Shown piece after piece: positions 12,599 through 27,873 of a DNA stretch of 64,000 nt. The translations under genes and the position numbers were made by a program. How positions within the stretch are numbered: the first letter of the stretch is position 1; each line of letters starts with the position of its first letter. The notes below the pieces were generated by a model, which searched no databases, was not told the DNA's origin, and worked only from the letters and a program-made list of their open reading frames with translations. Source of the stretch: Octopus sinensis (lineage: Eukaryota); the NCBI RefSeq assembly GCF_006345805.1, contig NC_043016.1:23994001-24058000 (forward strand), written 5' to 3'.

Positions 12599-15500
12599 AA
12601 CACGCAGACACGTACAGGCATAGAGTAAACTATTTTCCCATTGCTCTCTCATTTACGTAGGAATGTAGTTTATTTGCATGGGTATTTCTCGACTATAATA
12701 CTCAAACACGATTGTATAGCAGTTTTGGCTGTAGGTCATTTGTGTCATCTTAGAGGTCGTAGCTTAAAATACTTTTTACCGTCGTCCTCCTTTGAAAACT
12801 ATAAATAATTTCGGCTTCATTGTTATGTTAATTTAATTAATTAGGATAGCATATTCCTTGGTTTTAATTACGTTTAGTATAAACTTATAATTAAATACTG
12901 TCCTTTTAATCTGCCTGAAATGTATTCGAATCCCCACAAGAAATATTGGTAGTCTGATATATTTGGAAGTGGAATGTGGCATAGGCTACAAGTATTATTT
13001 CTTTGTAGGTTGATAGAGCAATTAAAATGATTAGTTGGGTTAAATCTGTTAGTGTGATTGCATCAGATACTTTTGAAGGTTTCATGAACAGTGTATTACA
13101 TTTTCTGTCTGTCGTTTGTTGAGTTTTAAAAAATAAAATGTATTAAAATTAATTTTTGACATTTCATTTTCAGTAACATACTGTTTCCATCGATGACCAA
13201 GGCGTCATTTATTAGTACTTGAATGAAATATGCGTGCAATTTTAAAAATGACAGTATTTGTTGCTTAAACTGATATAAAAAAATGCTTTTAAGACTTCTT
13301 TTTTAGTTGAAAGTATATTTTAAATCGTCTATGATATAATTTGGTGGTAGGTAGTGTTGTATTCAGAATATTCAATACATTTTTTTTTCTCATTATTAAT
13401 GGCTGCATTCATAAAAATCAGCTGATTCTTGATAAGCTATTGAAAGTTGCTGTAATATATTATTTTCCCCTGTAGACAATGAATTTACAATTAAAACGTT
13501 GTCACATGATCAAATTATTTGAAATATTTTTACTCATTTCCAAATATAAGTTTTTCTTCATCCTGTTTTGGAGAATGTCTTTTTTGTTAATTATCTAAAA
13601 GGCAAACAAGTATAATTTAGATCATTTAAATTAAATGATATATTATTTGAATGTATATATTAGTCAGTCAATTAAGATATTTTGAAACAAACTATCTGTA
13701 ATAATTAAAGCTTTCATTTTAACAATATGTAAAAATATACTGGAATTTGATAACTATTAGATATTGATACACAGTTGTTATTTTAAACCCCTTTATTTAT
13801 ATTGTCAGATTTAATTAGTTTATTTTCCTAAATGTAGAGCTCTGGATATTTCATTATATTTTGTGATTCAGGAAACATTCATTTGAGAGCAAACATATGC
13901 AAGTATTAAGAGGGGTATTAAGACCATGTGCAAAAGTACAGCTTGAGGTTAATGTGCTGTGCTGGGTGTCAATGCAAAGTTATATCTAATTATATAACTA
14001 TATTTGAATAAATATTTGTCAGTGAGTGACTTATAAAATTTGTTTTGTACTATAGATTTTAACTTAGTGTATGAAAACTTCACAACAGACTGTGCTTTGT
14101 TGAAGATATCTACTTTGCTGGAAAGGTCATTGAAAAGGATTTAGTTTGTTAGGTGAACAGATAAGGTATTGTTTGTTGTGTTTAACTATTTATTGAATGT
14201 TACAGAGGTTGTGATACTGATTGCAAGATACAAACGGAATATTGTTAATTACTAAACATTCAGTGAACTGTTGGGGTGGGGGTGGAGTGGGAGGACTGGA
14301 AGAAATAAGTGAAGTCAAGTATTTAAAGTATTTATGATGTTTACTGCTTAGCTGAATATATATTAATCTAGATATTTTATAAACAAATAATCATTTTAGT
14401 GGTTTTTTTTTTTTTTTATAATTGAAAAAAAGTGTTACATTTTTGTTGTGATACAAATGTTAACTTTTACGAATGATATAGTTTTTACTTTTTCATTTAT
14501 ATCACTAAAACTAATTGTAATTAGAGTATTATAGTAACTATTTTAAAACTAAAACTTGCATCTTAAAATGAAAAATACTTCCAGAACTTAACTAGATTTT
14601 AGTAAATGTAAATTCAGTATTTAAGTAATAAACGTTTTTAGCATACCTTATTTAATCTTGAGATATTCGCTATGTTTAAATTTTTTCATCCTTTTTTCAC
14701 TCAATTAGTATATTTTATGATCTAATATCTTCTTGTTTTCATCATTAGTGTATTAAGGATTAACTCTGTTCCCGAAGCAAATTCTCAAATTATGAATTTG
14801 TTATATTGTTTACTGCTATTTCATAAATGTCCTCAGGGAATTAAAGTGCTGGGAGGGATGGTTTGGTGAAGTTTGCAGATATAACCGCATTTCGTATTTT
14901 TCATGTGATGAGTCACGTACTCAAGTTTATTGTAAAAGAATTAATTTTGATAGCGTTTAAAATTTTTTTTTTTTTTGTCGTTTATTGCAATTAAAATATT
15001 GCAACGATTGCAAAGGAATTAGTGGGTGTAGCTTATTGTATAGTGAGAATTATCTCCCTTGCATTGAGTAACGTGGAACATGAATACTTGTTTATGAAAT
15101 TAATGAAATATGTTAACTAAGATTTGTTACATATGGGCTAATTAATGTTGTGCTCATATATTTATTTATGTATATATATATTTTTTTGGCGGTGGGGCAT
15201 TGCAAAAAGGAAATTTCTAATTTGTTATGGAAAGCAGCATGGCTAATGTATAATAAATTATTTAAATATTTTAATTTGTCATGTGTAGGTTATCATATTC
15301 TAATATTGTAGATTTTTCGAGAATTCATTTCAACCCAAATGTTCACTTGATTCCTGGTATTATTTTTTCAATTGTTGGTTTTCAGTTTTTATATCTTCAT
15401 AGTCTGCTACTCAAAATAAAATCTGTTCCATAAATTTGTTGACCAGAAATAAATGATTTGAGTGTTATAACAGAAATTTACATATCTTCAATAAAAAGAA

Positions 15501-18500
15501 AAAAATATTGCATTTTATAATCACAATATATTAACCAGCTTTTTAGATTGTTTGGTCTCAATTATTTTAGTAAACATATTTTCAACATATGCTTATAGTC
15601 GGTTCTGGGTTCAGTCTCACTTCATGACTCCCTGGGCAAGTGTCTTCTACTATAGTTTCAGGCCAATCAAAGCGTTGTGAGTGGATTTGGTGGATGGAAA
15701 TCCTGTGTTTTTGTGTATGTTCTCCACCTCCACTTGAGAACTGGTGTTCAACAAAAAAGACTGGTAGAATAAGCATCAGGCTTAAAAAAGAAAAAGAGGA
15801 CTGGGGTTGATTCATTCAACTAAAATTCTTCAATGCAGTGCCCCAGCATAGCTGCAGTTCTAATGACTGAAACAAATGAAAGAATAATATAAAGAAATAC
15901 ATGACTGATCAGTTGTTGTTGAAATAACAATCGGTCTCATACTTAGGATGAAACCTTTTTCTTTTCAATTTTCACATATATGTTCTTCAGTTTCATATCT
16001 GTTGACCATTAGGTGTCTTATTTGTACCGGGCCAAATTAAGAGTAGGAATCTTCATTTCTAAATTATGGAAGTAATGTCGTTATCTACCATATTGCTGAC
16101 ATATGTTCCCATTGATTGAGAAATAAGGATTCTTGTTTGAATCCAAGAATAAGTGGTTGGTGATAAAGAGATATGTACTGTGTATAAATCTTAGAGTGTA
16201 AGTGATTTAAAAAGAAAACTGGGTATATGACGCATTAGATGTTGAGAGGACTATGCTGGTTTGGCCATGTGATGAGAACGGATGGGGATAGCTGCATAAA
16301 GAAGTGTCAATCTAATTGTGGAAGGAGTAGATGTGGGATGAAGTGAGAAAGTATCTTCTGTATAGAGGAAGAGCAAAACTGGAAATCTGGGAACATTGAT
16401 GATAGATTTAGGATCTTTGTTGTTCTAAACAAACTTCAAGGAAATTAAAAAAAAGACCTTGATAAAATTTTTGTGGAATAGTATGAAATTAACTGTCAAG
16501 GTTTTGCTGTGTTCACTTAAATTTTGATTTAACAGGTGGTATTTATATTGTTACACATCATCATCATCGTTGTTTAATGTCTGCTTTCCATGCTGGCATG
16601 GGTTGGACAGTTTGACTGAAGGCTGCACCAGGCTCCAATCTAATCTGGCAAAGTTTCTACTGTTGGATGCCCTTCCTAATGACATGAAATTGTCTGAAAT
16701 ATCCTCATCTCAGTTTTTTTCTTATTTGCTATCAACACTTGTTTAAAGTTTAACTACAATGTCATTGTATGTACATGTGTATGTACACACACACACACAT
16801 TATGGTTAACCTTTCTGCCAATTTTGGCATCGTTTTAATAGAATAAACTATGAAAATAAATCTAGATATATGTAATGTATAAATTCAACTTAAACTAGAA
16901 ACCTTATTTGTAAATCAGTAGTAACATATGTCAGTGGCTGGCAAATAAACGCAATATTCCCTTAGTTCAGAAATTGTTTGCTCATAGGAAGTGCTTGATA
17001 AATGATAGAATATTCAGGCTAAGATGTAACATAGGCTATTTTATTCCATTGCACATTGTCTTTGACTTACACAATTTGACAAATTGAATTCAGTGTTAAA
17101 AGAAGTTACAAATTACCATGTCTTTGTAGTTTATATAAAAATGCCAGTGATATAATTTTTTGTTGAAATTTTTACTTATTAATATTAAAGCTTGGTTTCA
17201 AAGGATAAGGGCATTACAAACTATTTTGCATTAAATTTCATCTTCTGTAAAAAAAAAAATCCTACATTTTGCTCAATTTATATTAATTTCTCAATTAGTT
17301 GGAAATTGAGGTTTTTCGTAAAGATATTTTGTGAACTTGAAATAAATATTGTTACCCTTTTGTAGCTCTTTACTTGTTTATTTCTAGGTACTATTGGGAC
17401 ACCTGATGACTACAGCTGTGAATATAAATCTGATTCAGGTAGGTTGACTAATCTTTACACACACACACACACACACACAAGTGAATAAAAGTTATACATA
17501 TATGTGTGTTTGTAAATATATTTGTATACATGTTTATGTATATGAATGTATTATGTTCATGTGTAATCTGTGTGTATATGTATGTGTGCATATTTGTTAT
17601 GTGTATGTGTGTATATGTGTGAATATGTATATATGTTTGTGTATGTGTGTGTGTACATTTATATACATGTGTGTGTGTACATTTATATACATGTTAAATG
17701 TGATTGTATGTATATATATACACACACATACTCACAAATAGACATGAACTACGTATATTTGATAATTAGTTCTGACTTAACATGAAATTATCAATATTCT
17801 GTCTTGTATCCTGTTAACTTAGCATTGTCAAAAAGTTGCATTTGTGAATATGCATTTTTTCCGCTCCCCCATTTTGTACAATTTCAACTATCATTCATTG
17901 CTAGTTTACATTAACATTGCAATCATCTGTTCATTTGCTTTTCATTAATTAACTAAAATTTCATATTTCATTGATATTGCCAGAATTGAATTTCCGAATT
18001 TTTATTATGAAGAAACAAAAAATATCCAAAGCAAGAATTTTAATTTCATTCCTCCCAGTTGAAGATGGGATTCATTCTTTTCTTTTTTTTTTTTATCAAA
18101 TTCATTTTAACAGATTGACTGTGGAAATATTCCTAGAATCTGAAATTTCATCACATTTCATGAAAATGTTTGCTAAATCTAAAAATATAACTGCTTTTCT
18201 TAGAATTACATAAGGATTATTGTAGAGCTTTAGTTAGAACAAAATCCAGAGAAGTTATTTTCACAAGTTTAAGGATGAATATGAATTTTAAATATGGTTA
18301 TTTCTAATTCTTACTTTACTAGTTATGCCAGATTGATCAAATGCATGCAATTATTCCTATACTAAAACATTTCACTTAAAAAAAATTTTTTTTTACCAAG
18401 TTTGTTTGCTCTTCTTGCATTTTCCATCAAAATTCACAACTGATTTATAGAATTTCTACCAGTTAAGCATTATTAATATTGGGCTTGTTTTTGTAAAAAT

Positions 18501-21500
18501 ATAGACACTTCGATAAATTACAAGTACTGTCATTTAGCAAGAAAATATTTCAGTTTATTGGTTTTTCTACATTAAAAGGAATTTCATTTGTCAGGGAAAA
18601 AAAATTTGTTAATATAACTGATTTGTGACTGATACTTAAAATTATAACAACTGATATCCAAGCATTCTGGAATGTGTGTGTGTATGCATATACCTAGAAA
18701 TTTTGTTGCCTAAGAATTTTTGAACATTGGTTAAAAAATTATACCATTACACATGACATTTGCTGTCATATCTGCTTAAAAGGAGATTTACCAAGAAAAT
18801 TTTAAAGAAATGAGATTCTGGTTTTTGAAGTAAAATAGGGAATTTCAGTAAACATGCCCACTGGTTTTAAAGGTGCGTGTAATATATATATATATATATA
18901 TATAATTTACATTATATTCAACGTGTTTGTAATGGATGAACATTTATATTTCACATGTGATTGTGTGCAGATTTGATTAAATTATGAGGTTTTGATGGCT
19001 AAAAATAATTTAAAAAAAAAATAGAAATAATGATAATGGTTGTCTGATTTGTAACATTTTTTTTTCTGATAATTTTTCTGTAGTTTTCTGAAGAAATGGC
19101 TTATTGTGATAAGTTAATGTTGCATTGCAGAGAGTAGTTACAAATCAACAATAGTTGTATGGTCAATGTAGGGTATTGGGTGTGTCATTTATTGGTGGTT
19201 TATAAACGTTATATGTGGCTGTATAGTTGAGTTACATTGTGCAGCACCATGGGCAGGTGTCCATTATATATTTGTGCTTGTATGTACCCTTGTTTTGACA
19301 TCATGTGATGGCTGCAAGTGAGAGTGTCATCATCATATATGATGTTTTCAGACTGCCATGAAAAACAGGTCTAGCCATGCATCAGAGAATTGTCTGTCCC
19401 ATGAAAGGAAGGAAAATTGATGTTGAAATGATATGTATTTGGTATTTGTATGTTGTATGCAACAAGCATTTTGCAACTAGTCTCTTTTTGCACTAATTAA
19501 TTGCTCAGTTGGCATCTTTGCTGGACAAGTTGCTCAGGAATAATGAGTAATGGATTTGCAGAATATCTAAAATCAATTATAATGAAATATTTAAAATCAG
19601 TTCACCTTGTATGATTCATCAAGATGAAGTATGAGCATTAGTATACATTTCTTGGTAATTCTGGTAGTGAAAAGGAAGTTTGGTGTGTATAAATCTTAGA
19701 ACTCTTTTTGTATCTTTTAAAAAACCAAGTGAAAGCCTAGTGAGAATCCTTTCCCCTTTCTTTACTGCTATATACAGAAACATTTATAGGAACTGTGTTC
19801 AGTTTCCACTTAGTTCTCATTTTTTTTTTTTTTTTTTTGGCTTTCATATTTGTATGTTAACATTAAAGCACTGCTAATTATCATTAAAAGGAAATGTAAA
19901 ATATAAAAATCAATTATTTTTAAGAGTTGTAAAAAATAAGGGATGCAAATTTTCTTAGAACACAAGAGTTACAGAAGCAATAAAAAAATAAACTATTACA
20001 CTGTAAGCAGTGTTATAGTTAGAAACTTTTTACCCAATAAAAGATAAGAATGATAAGGAATTTCAAAATTAATGGACAGAATACCAAATAAAACTATTGA
20101 AGTACTTGGTTGCAATTGCAAACCATACAACTTTTAGCGGACACCATGACTACATAGTAAATGCTGTGTGAAGCAGAACTACTTGAAGAATGACGTAGCA
20201 ACACTTATCTTTCCTTTGTTTCTATAGAAATTGTCTGAATGGATAACATTGTGGTTAAGTAACTATTGATTATCTCACCAACCACTTGTAAATATAATAT
20301 CCTGTAAATATAACATCCTGGATACACATTTTTTTAATTCATAGTCATTATTCAAACCATAAATATGGAATCTAGAGGTGCGAATTATTTGGTTTCTAGA
20401 AGATTGTTCATGGGTGGTAATTTAATAGTTTGCAAATGAAAATTAGCTAAACATCTTGATAACCATTCTCATCACATTACAAAATGACCCTGTCCTTGTT
20501 ATAGGAATATGGTAAGTATTCATCATTATCAATTTAACATTTTTCTATTCTGGCACAGGTTTGCTGAACAGATTTTTTTTTTCCTACATCTGTCATTTCA
20601 TCTTAACTTTCTAATCTCTGAATATGATTGCTTTGAGTCTTCCTTCGCTAATTTTGTCAAATTCATAGCAGTTTTTATTTAGCATGTCATCTATTTTCAT
20701 TACATGTGCATACAACATGATTATTTCTTGCATGTACCAACTAATTATATCAATACTTCACTAATTCCCACCCCATATGTCATATTTCCTTGCCATTACA
20801 TAACATTTACCTTTCACCCTTATTCTATCATTGGATCACTTCAGCATGATTAAGTGCCCTATGTTATTAAGCATTGCTACTAAGTAAATCACAATAGCAA
20901 TCAATTTATTTTACAAGTAACTCATACTGTTAGTCACATTGAGGAATTTGGATTATGCAAAGTGTTGACTTTATCAACATCAAATCACAGTATGGGTTTT
21001 CTTTTCCATTAACTATACAGCATATTTTGTTTCTCAGTATCATTCTACGTAGTGAGCTACTAAACTACATCAACTTTTTTTAAGTGTCTTTATTAGTGGT
21101 TAGTATAGTGTATCATTTGGGACATACTTATCTTGGATACTGTTGAACGTCATTTGTATACTGTTACAAATATTCTCTGTTTAACTTTTATTATACGTTT
21201 TCATGTCCCTTCTACTTGATTTATTGATTTATTACACATTTTCCTTGGCTAATTGCTAATGGAAGAAACCTAAAGAATGACCAATTGTCCAAACTGTCAA
21301 CTTGTTCTGTTTCCATTCTTGGTGGACTTGGATATTTAAGTCTTCCATTGTTTTGAATCTTGCTTAGCTATTTGTCATCAAAACATTCTGAAGGGAATGT
21401 ATCAGTGTTGAAGTATAAAAAGATTGATTGAATTTGGTCATTATATAAGATGAAAAAGGGCAATCCAATGATAGATTAGAATAAAACTATATTTTTGATG

Positions 21501-24315
21501 AGTTGGTTGTAGTATTTTACTTTTAAGGATATGGACAATATGTAAAATGGCAACATTGATATTACAATGAATTTCAGTTGGTAAACAGCCTTTTGGATTA
21601 TATTAATTATTGAAGCAACTGAGTATTAAAGAAATAAAATTTTTGCAAAACTTAATTTTGTCATTCATGTCTAGTTTTATGTAAAAAAAAAAAAATATAT
21701 ATATATATATATATACAAAAAAGAATGCCTTATCAAAAAGGTTCTGAAGGGTTTTTTCCCCAATTAGAATTCATTTTCTATATATAATGTAACCAGAATC
21801 ATTGACCATTGAAAGTATGTATGCACTTTCTTCAGAATAAAATTTTGTTTGTATTGCACTGTCATTTTTTCCCCATTTTCAATGTAACTTTTCATTTAGT
21901 TATCTCTTCATTTTAGTATAAATAGCATTTAAAGCATAGATATGCAGAATATGGAACCTGGCCCTCTAAACACTTTTTTAACTGCCAGCATCTTCAACAA
22001 GCTTATTAAAATTGACAATTTCATATTTAATTTTTTCATCAACTAACAACACAATCAAGCTGCATGGATTTTCCTGTCTGTGTGAACATTTTTTTCAAAA
22101 TATACAGATGCTTTCTTTTTGGCTTGAACTCAGATCTTTAATTTCTAATGTAGGAGACCTCAGTGTTCTTATCTAGAGAAATATACACTTCAGTTCAGAA
22201 GCTCTGAGTTCTCTCATTCTACATGAGAATATGTAGCAAAATATACTGCTTTATCAAAATTGAATCACTTCAGTTAATTTAGGTCTGCAAGCTTAAGACT
22301 CAAGCAAAATAATTTTGAAGCCACTTTTTTCCCCTATATTTAAATCATTTAGCATACATATAACTATGCAGGCAGGGATTAATCAATGTTTTTTAACACA
22401 GTTTCCAAGTCCTGCTTCATTATGTATGTGAGGGATAATTTTTCTACATTTGGATCTTTCATTTATGACATTTTAGTCAACCTCTACTGCAAGCTTATAT
22501 TCCTGTTTGCCCATCATTCATTATCTACTCGAATAGTGTCTCCATTGCAGCATCAACCATTCTTTGTTCAACCATTTTCTCATCTTGCATTCAACCTTCC
22601 TAAGAAGTTGACCTTGCTCATCAACCAATCAATATTCGACATCTTCCTTTTCAGTTGCTCCAGATGGTTTTCTTTCACTATCCATATTTCATTGCCATTA
22701 TGTGTTTTCACATGATTCATAAAGACTAGTTGTTGTGCAGAGGGAAATATTTTGTTGCCAGCTGGTAGCATTCCCCTAAATGTCTTCTTTCAAACATAGT
22801 CACTTTGCTTATCATTAGCTATGATCACAGTTTATGTACATGTACATTAAAGTACTAGTTGGAAGGGATGGGGATGTGGATGTTACCTTGTACACTGTTC
22901 AGTTTTTAGTTGCGTAGTAGACAATTAATAGTTTGTTGCCAGCAAATTTGTTGGCTGAATTAATCAATCTTAATTCTGATTAAATCCTATAAACAACTGT
23001 CATTTCTAATTGCATCCCTGTTTACTTTGGAAATCTGTTCCAACAGATACTCTGATATTATGCTAGTGATGTATAACTATGTAATTTACCACATGATATT
23101 TTTACTTTATAATGCAATTGGTGGACGATAGTGTTTCCAATATGCCAGTCACTGGTTTGCTACATTTGTGACGGTAGCAGCAGCTCAAAATGGAACAAAA
23201 AACAACCAAGGATTTTTATTCAAGAGCACTATTGCAATTTTCTTGCCAAAATATATTGGTGAAAGATCCACATAAAGCACTTCTTCAAAATGAGTAACAA
23301 AATCAATGGTTGATATGCAGTTATATGGTAGAAGATACTTACCCAAAATGCTGCACATTTGGATTAAACCTGGAATCACTTGGATACAAAGCAACAACAG
23401 CATTGCCTGCTGGGATAAAATTTATTGCTGGATTGATATATTTTTTTACAAGATGAAACCATCTAAATTTCAATCTTACTGGATTGAAATTTTCTCTGCT
23501 AGTGTTTTTCGTTCTTTGTTTCTGTATACTTTACATTTAGAAAAAAAAAACAAAATGTTTTGCATGATTGGTTTTCACATCTTGTGCACATTTCTAATAT
23601 TGCCCTAATTACTGAATCTGAGATGAATATGTATTGTTGACTTAAATAGTTAATTCATTCCTTCTCATGTATATGTCCACGAATTGTATATTTAAATATC
23701 TCACATAAAGTCTCTTGAATCCATTCTCCAATGGAACATTGACTTCATCTGAAAGCACACTGACGTATGCTTCTGTTCTTCCATCGAATTTCATTATTAT
23801 AGCTATTTATTTTTAGAATCTTTATAATTTAATTTACAGTTAGTTGGAAATCATATTTTTATTGAGGTTTTTCCTATGAACAAGTAATATTTTGAAACCT
23901 CAATGCTATAGATATTCCAGTACCATTCAATGCTATAGATATTCCAGTACCATAGATTAAAATTTTGAATGGATGTTCTTTTGCTATAACACAGACTAGC
24001 AACTGGTACTTTATGATGCCTGATCATAAATCACTTAGTGATTGACCTTTTAGCATTTAGATTGTACTGTCAAATATAATTTATTCACATTGTTTTGAAT
24101 TAATCATGCATTATCTTGTAGCTTCAGAATTTTCATGTGATTATATTACCTTGCATTGTAGGGTAGGTGTGACTGGCTAGTTTGAACATAGAACAGGTAG
24201 AATATTTAGGTCAGATATGGCCAGTTTAAATGCAAAAGGGTTAAGAAATGTTTTTATTTCCTTCCACTTCAGTTGAGCTTTTTTCCTTAACGATAACAGA
24301 TTTGTGTAATGCTTT

Positions 24316-24346
<31 letters not shown>

Positions 24347-25307
24347 CACACACACACAAACTGCATGCAGACGAGATTTAACATACTAATTTTAAGTGTA
24401 TTTTCCCTTTTTAGAGGAATAGCATGCTACATATGAAATTATACAAATGAAACATTATGGTAGTAGAAATAAATGAATCTATGTAAAACACTCTACATAT
24501 TAAAGCAAGAAGATTCTCATATCTTTTATATCCTTATAGTTCAGTGATATTTTTGTGTGTGTGTGTGGTTAAAAAGTTTGCTTGGCGACCATATGTAGGT
24601 TTTCAGTTCAGTCCTATTGTGCAGTGTTTTTGGCAAGTGTCATCTGCTACATTTGTTGACCACCCAAAGCTTTGTGAGTGAATTTTGTTGATGAAAACTG
24701 TAGGAAACCTGTAATGTGTGTGTGTGAATGTTTATGAAAATTAACATTTGACTGCACGTATCACTGCCAGTGATATGTTTCCATTCCTTTCAAAGATTTG
24801 TGGAATAAAAAAAAGATTTCTTACTTGAAAATGAGGTAAAGTTTGGCAACAGGAAAAGCATCCAGCCATAAAATCTTGCCTCTTCTTCCTGTTCAACCCA
24901 CTCTAGTATGGGAAAATAGATGCTAGAGAATATGTTTGTGTGTGTATATCTGCATTTGCAACTTGTTGAATTTGGTTGGGTGGAGTAACAAAAATATTTT
25001 AGGTTCTTATGCGGTTATATGAATAACAAAACATTGATGAGGAGACTTGTATTAAAAGTAATATAATTTATTACACAATTAAGTTTGACTAGGTTTGTAA
25101 GCCATCAGGTGAAATTGAATGGCTTAGTCAAAAAGAAACATATGGTGTAGGAGTGGCTGTGTGTTAAGTAGCTTGCTTATGAACCACATGTTCCGGGTTC
25201 AGTTACACTGCATGATACTTTGGGCAAGTGTCTTCTACATTAGCTTCGGGCCAACCAAAGCCTTGTGAATGGATTTGGTAGACAGAAACTGAAAGAAGCC
25301 CATCATG

Positions 25308-25340
<33 letters not shown>

Positions 25341-27839
25341 TTGTTCCCCCAACATCGCTTGATAACCAATGCTGGTGCGTTTACATCCCTGTAACTTAGC
25401 GGTTCAGCAAAAGAGATGAAAGAATAAATACTAGGCTTATCAAGAATAAGTCCTGGGGTCAGTTTGCTCTACTAAAGGCAGTGCTCCAGCATGGCCAAAG
25501 TCAAATGACTGAAACAAGTAAAAGAGTATTGTTATTGGTCAAAAGAGTTACAGCTGTGATTGCCGTCTTTTATGTCCATTCCTCAGGTGTAGGCTCTCTT
25601 GCTAGGTTTGAAAAATTGTGTTATACAACATGGATAAAACTAATTTAAAATTTTAAAAAACTGAATAGGCAAGTGCATTACCGGCAACTTTTTTTTTTTT
25701 TTGTTGCAAAATTTGACTCTTGTTTGAAAGTAACCTTTGGGTGTAACGTTTCTGACTGCTACTTGGAAAGAAGTCACCATATTTTGGTTAGCTATTATTA
25801 GATTGAAAATAATTCTGTTAAAATGAACAATAGTTGCAACAAACATTTTTGTAAGCATTTTAACTTAGATTTGTGTCTTGTTGGTTTGAAGAAGTAAACC
25901 TCAGCCAGCATGTTCAATTGAATAACTTTTCTCAGTTTTATTCATTTAACATGAAGATGCTAGAATTAAAAATTGTGTTTAAAGACCTATTATGAAACTG
26001 ATTATGAACAAATATGAACTAATCGGTCTATTTACTAATTGCTTCAGTGAAGATTCCAATAAATAATAGTCAGATTAAGTGCTTGAAAGATGGTTTGGCT
26101 ATGATCAAATTAGATTGAATTGGCAGTTATTAATGTTAGATAGAATGCTCTGTCTTCAAATACCACTGAGGTCAGTTTTCATGCTTTTGATGATTGGATT
26201 GACAGAATTGTTGCACAATTGAGATTCTTTGTGGTTGCAATGTGTGTTTTGACTCTTTGATTTCAAATCCAACCACTCGCTGGAAAAATGGTGATAGCTC
26301 TTTCAGGGCTTGTGACCATATTATTGTGTCAGCAATTTGAAAACCAATAAATCCATAGTTCTTGATTTGATCTGATGAACTGCTCTCACCATGCCTTAAA
26401 CCATCTGTGGTCATGTTACCAAAGCGTAAAATACCAGCATAAACTGTATGTTTGTTAATAGTTACAAGTTAGATTAACACTTATATATCAACAAATTGTT
26501 TACTTTACTAGTATACAACTAGTGTTCTCAGAGTTAATTTTCTGTTCTTGGAAATTTATTTTTCAATATCCTTTCTCTCATGGAAAGTGTTCTACCATTT
26601 TTTCCTAATTAAGCTAACTCTGAATTTGAATAATCTTTGAATGCAGTAAATAAAAGAAATGCTACAAGCATATCAATGTAGTTGACTTGGAAAGGAGTAC
26701 TCCAATGTCTAATAATGTTAACTGGTATAGTGTAAACAATTTCCAGAAAGTATAACATTAAAACTTTAAGAAGTATTTATGTTTCAAATTTTCAAAAGGC
26801 ATTGGACTCAGTCAGTTGACTTCATGATTCAAAATCATTATTCCGAATAATAATGAAAGGAAAACTCATTGGTACTTAGGGGTCAGCATAAAGTATGATT
26901 GACAAATTGGACCAAATAAGTGCATTATTTGTTATATTTCTAGTGGGCTTTCCATGTAAATTTTTGCCTATAATAATCTACTGAAAATATCTGAATAATG
27001 AGTAGCCTAACTACACTGCTGAAACTACTTATGTGATCTATCATGTAAATTTAAATGATTTACATTTTTGTTTTGAGACTAACATATTGTTGTCTTATGG
27101 AAATGATCTAAATACATAGTTATTTTAGAATTTTGAAACAAAATGTAGTAATGAAAGAATAGTAGTTAAAGAATAAAGAATTATAAAAAAATTATTATTA
27201 TTACAAATAAAGATTTTTAAACTTTGAAATTTTATATTATCCGTAAAATTCTCTTGCTGGTCCTTTGTGGTCAGTTTTCTGGGGTTTTTTTCCTGCTGAG
27301 CTAGCAGAATTATTAGTGACAGAACAAAATGCCTCATTGTACTTCTTTTGGCTCCTACACATTGAGTTCATATCCCACCATGATCAACTTTGCCTTTCAT
27401 CCTTTCAGGGTTGACAGTCAAGAGTGCCAGTCAAATATTGAGATTGAACAGCATCGACTGACTCCTTTCTCCTAATATTACTGGCATTGTTCTTTAATTA
27501 GAAACATCTTAGGAAAACATGAGCAGAGGTTACAGTGTGGAAGAAATAAGTGGTTTGAGACAATTGGGGTTGTTTGTGAGATAAGGAGGTGTTTACAGAT
27601 GTTTTAAATTATTTAAAACATTGAATAACAGACTTTTAATATCCTTTGGTGTTTTTTTTTTAAGTAAAAATAAGTGACTCTGGAGGTTAAGTCTTCCGAC
27701 CTGTATTAGTTGGTAATCCTTAATTAAATATTGTGGAATTGATTGTTGAAAGACAAATGTGTATCTAGGCTTAAACAATTTCACGAGTGTAGTATGCTAG
27801 AAATTTATTTTCAAATGAAGGTATTTTAAGTAGTTATTA

Positions 27840-27873
<34 letters not shown>

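Noticed and set aside
14271-14300. G-rich tracts as G-quadruplexes (also about 3950-3990 and 63426-63445)
   Set aside because: Only three clear GGG runs or two-tier motifs, with no supporting context.
25143-25215. tRNA-like A/B-box sequence
   Set aside because: It is the head of a multicopy SINE and no complete cloverleaf was found.
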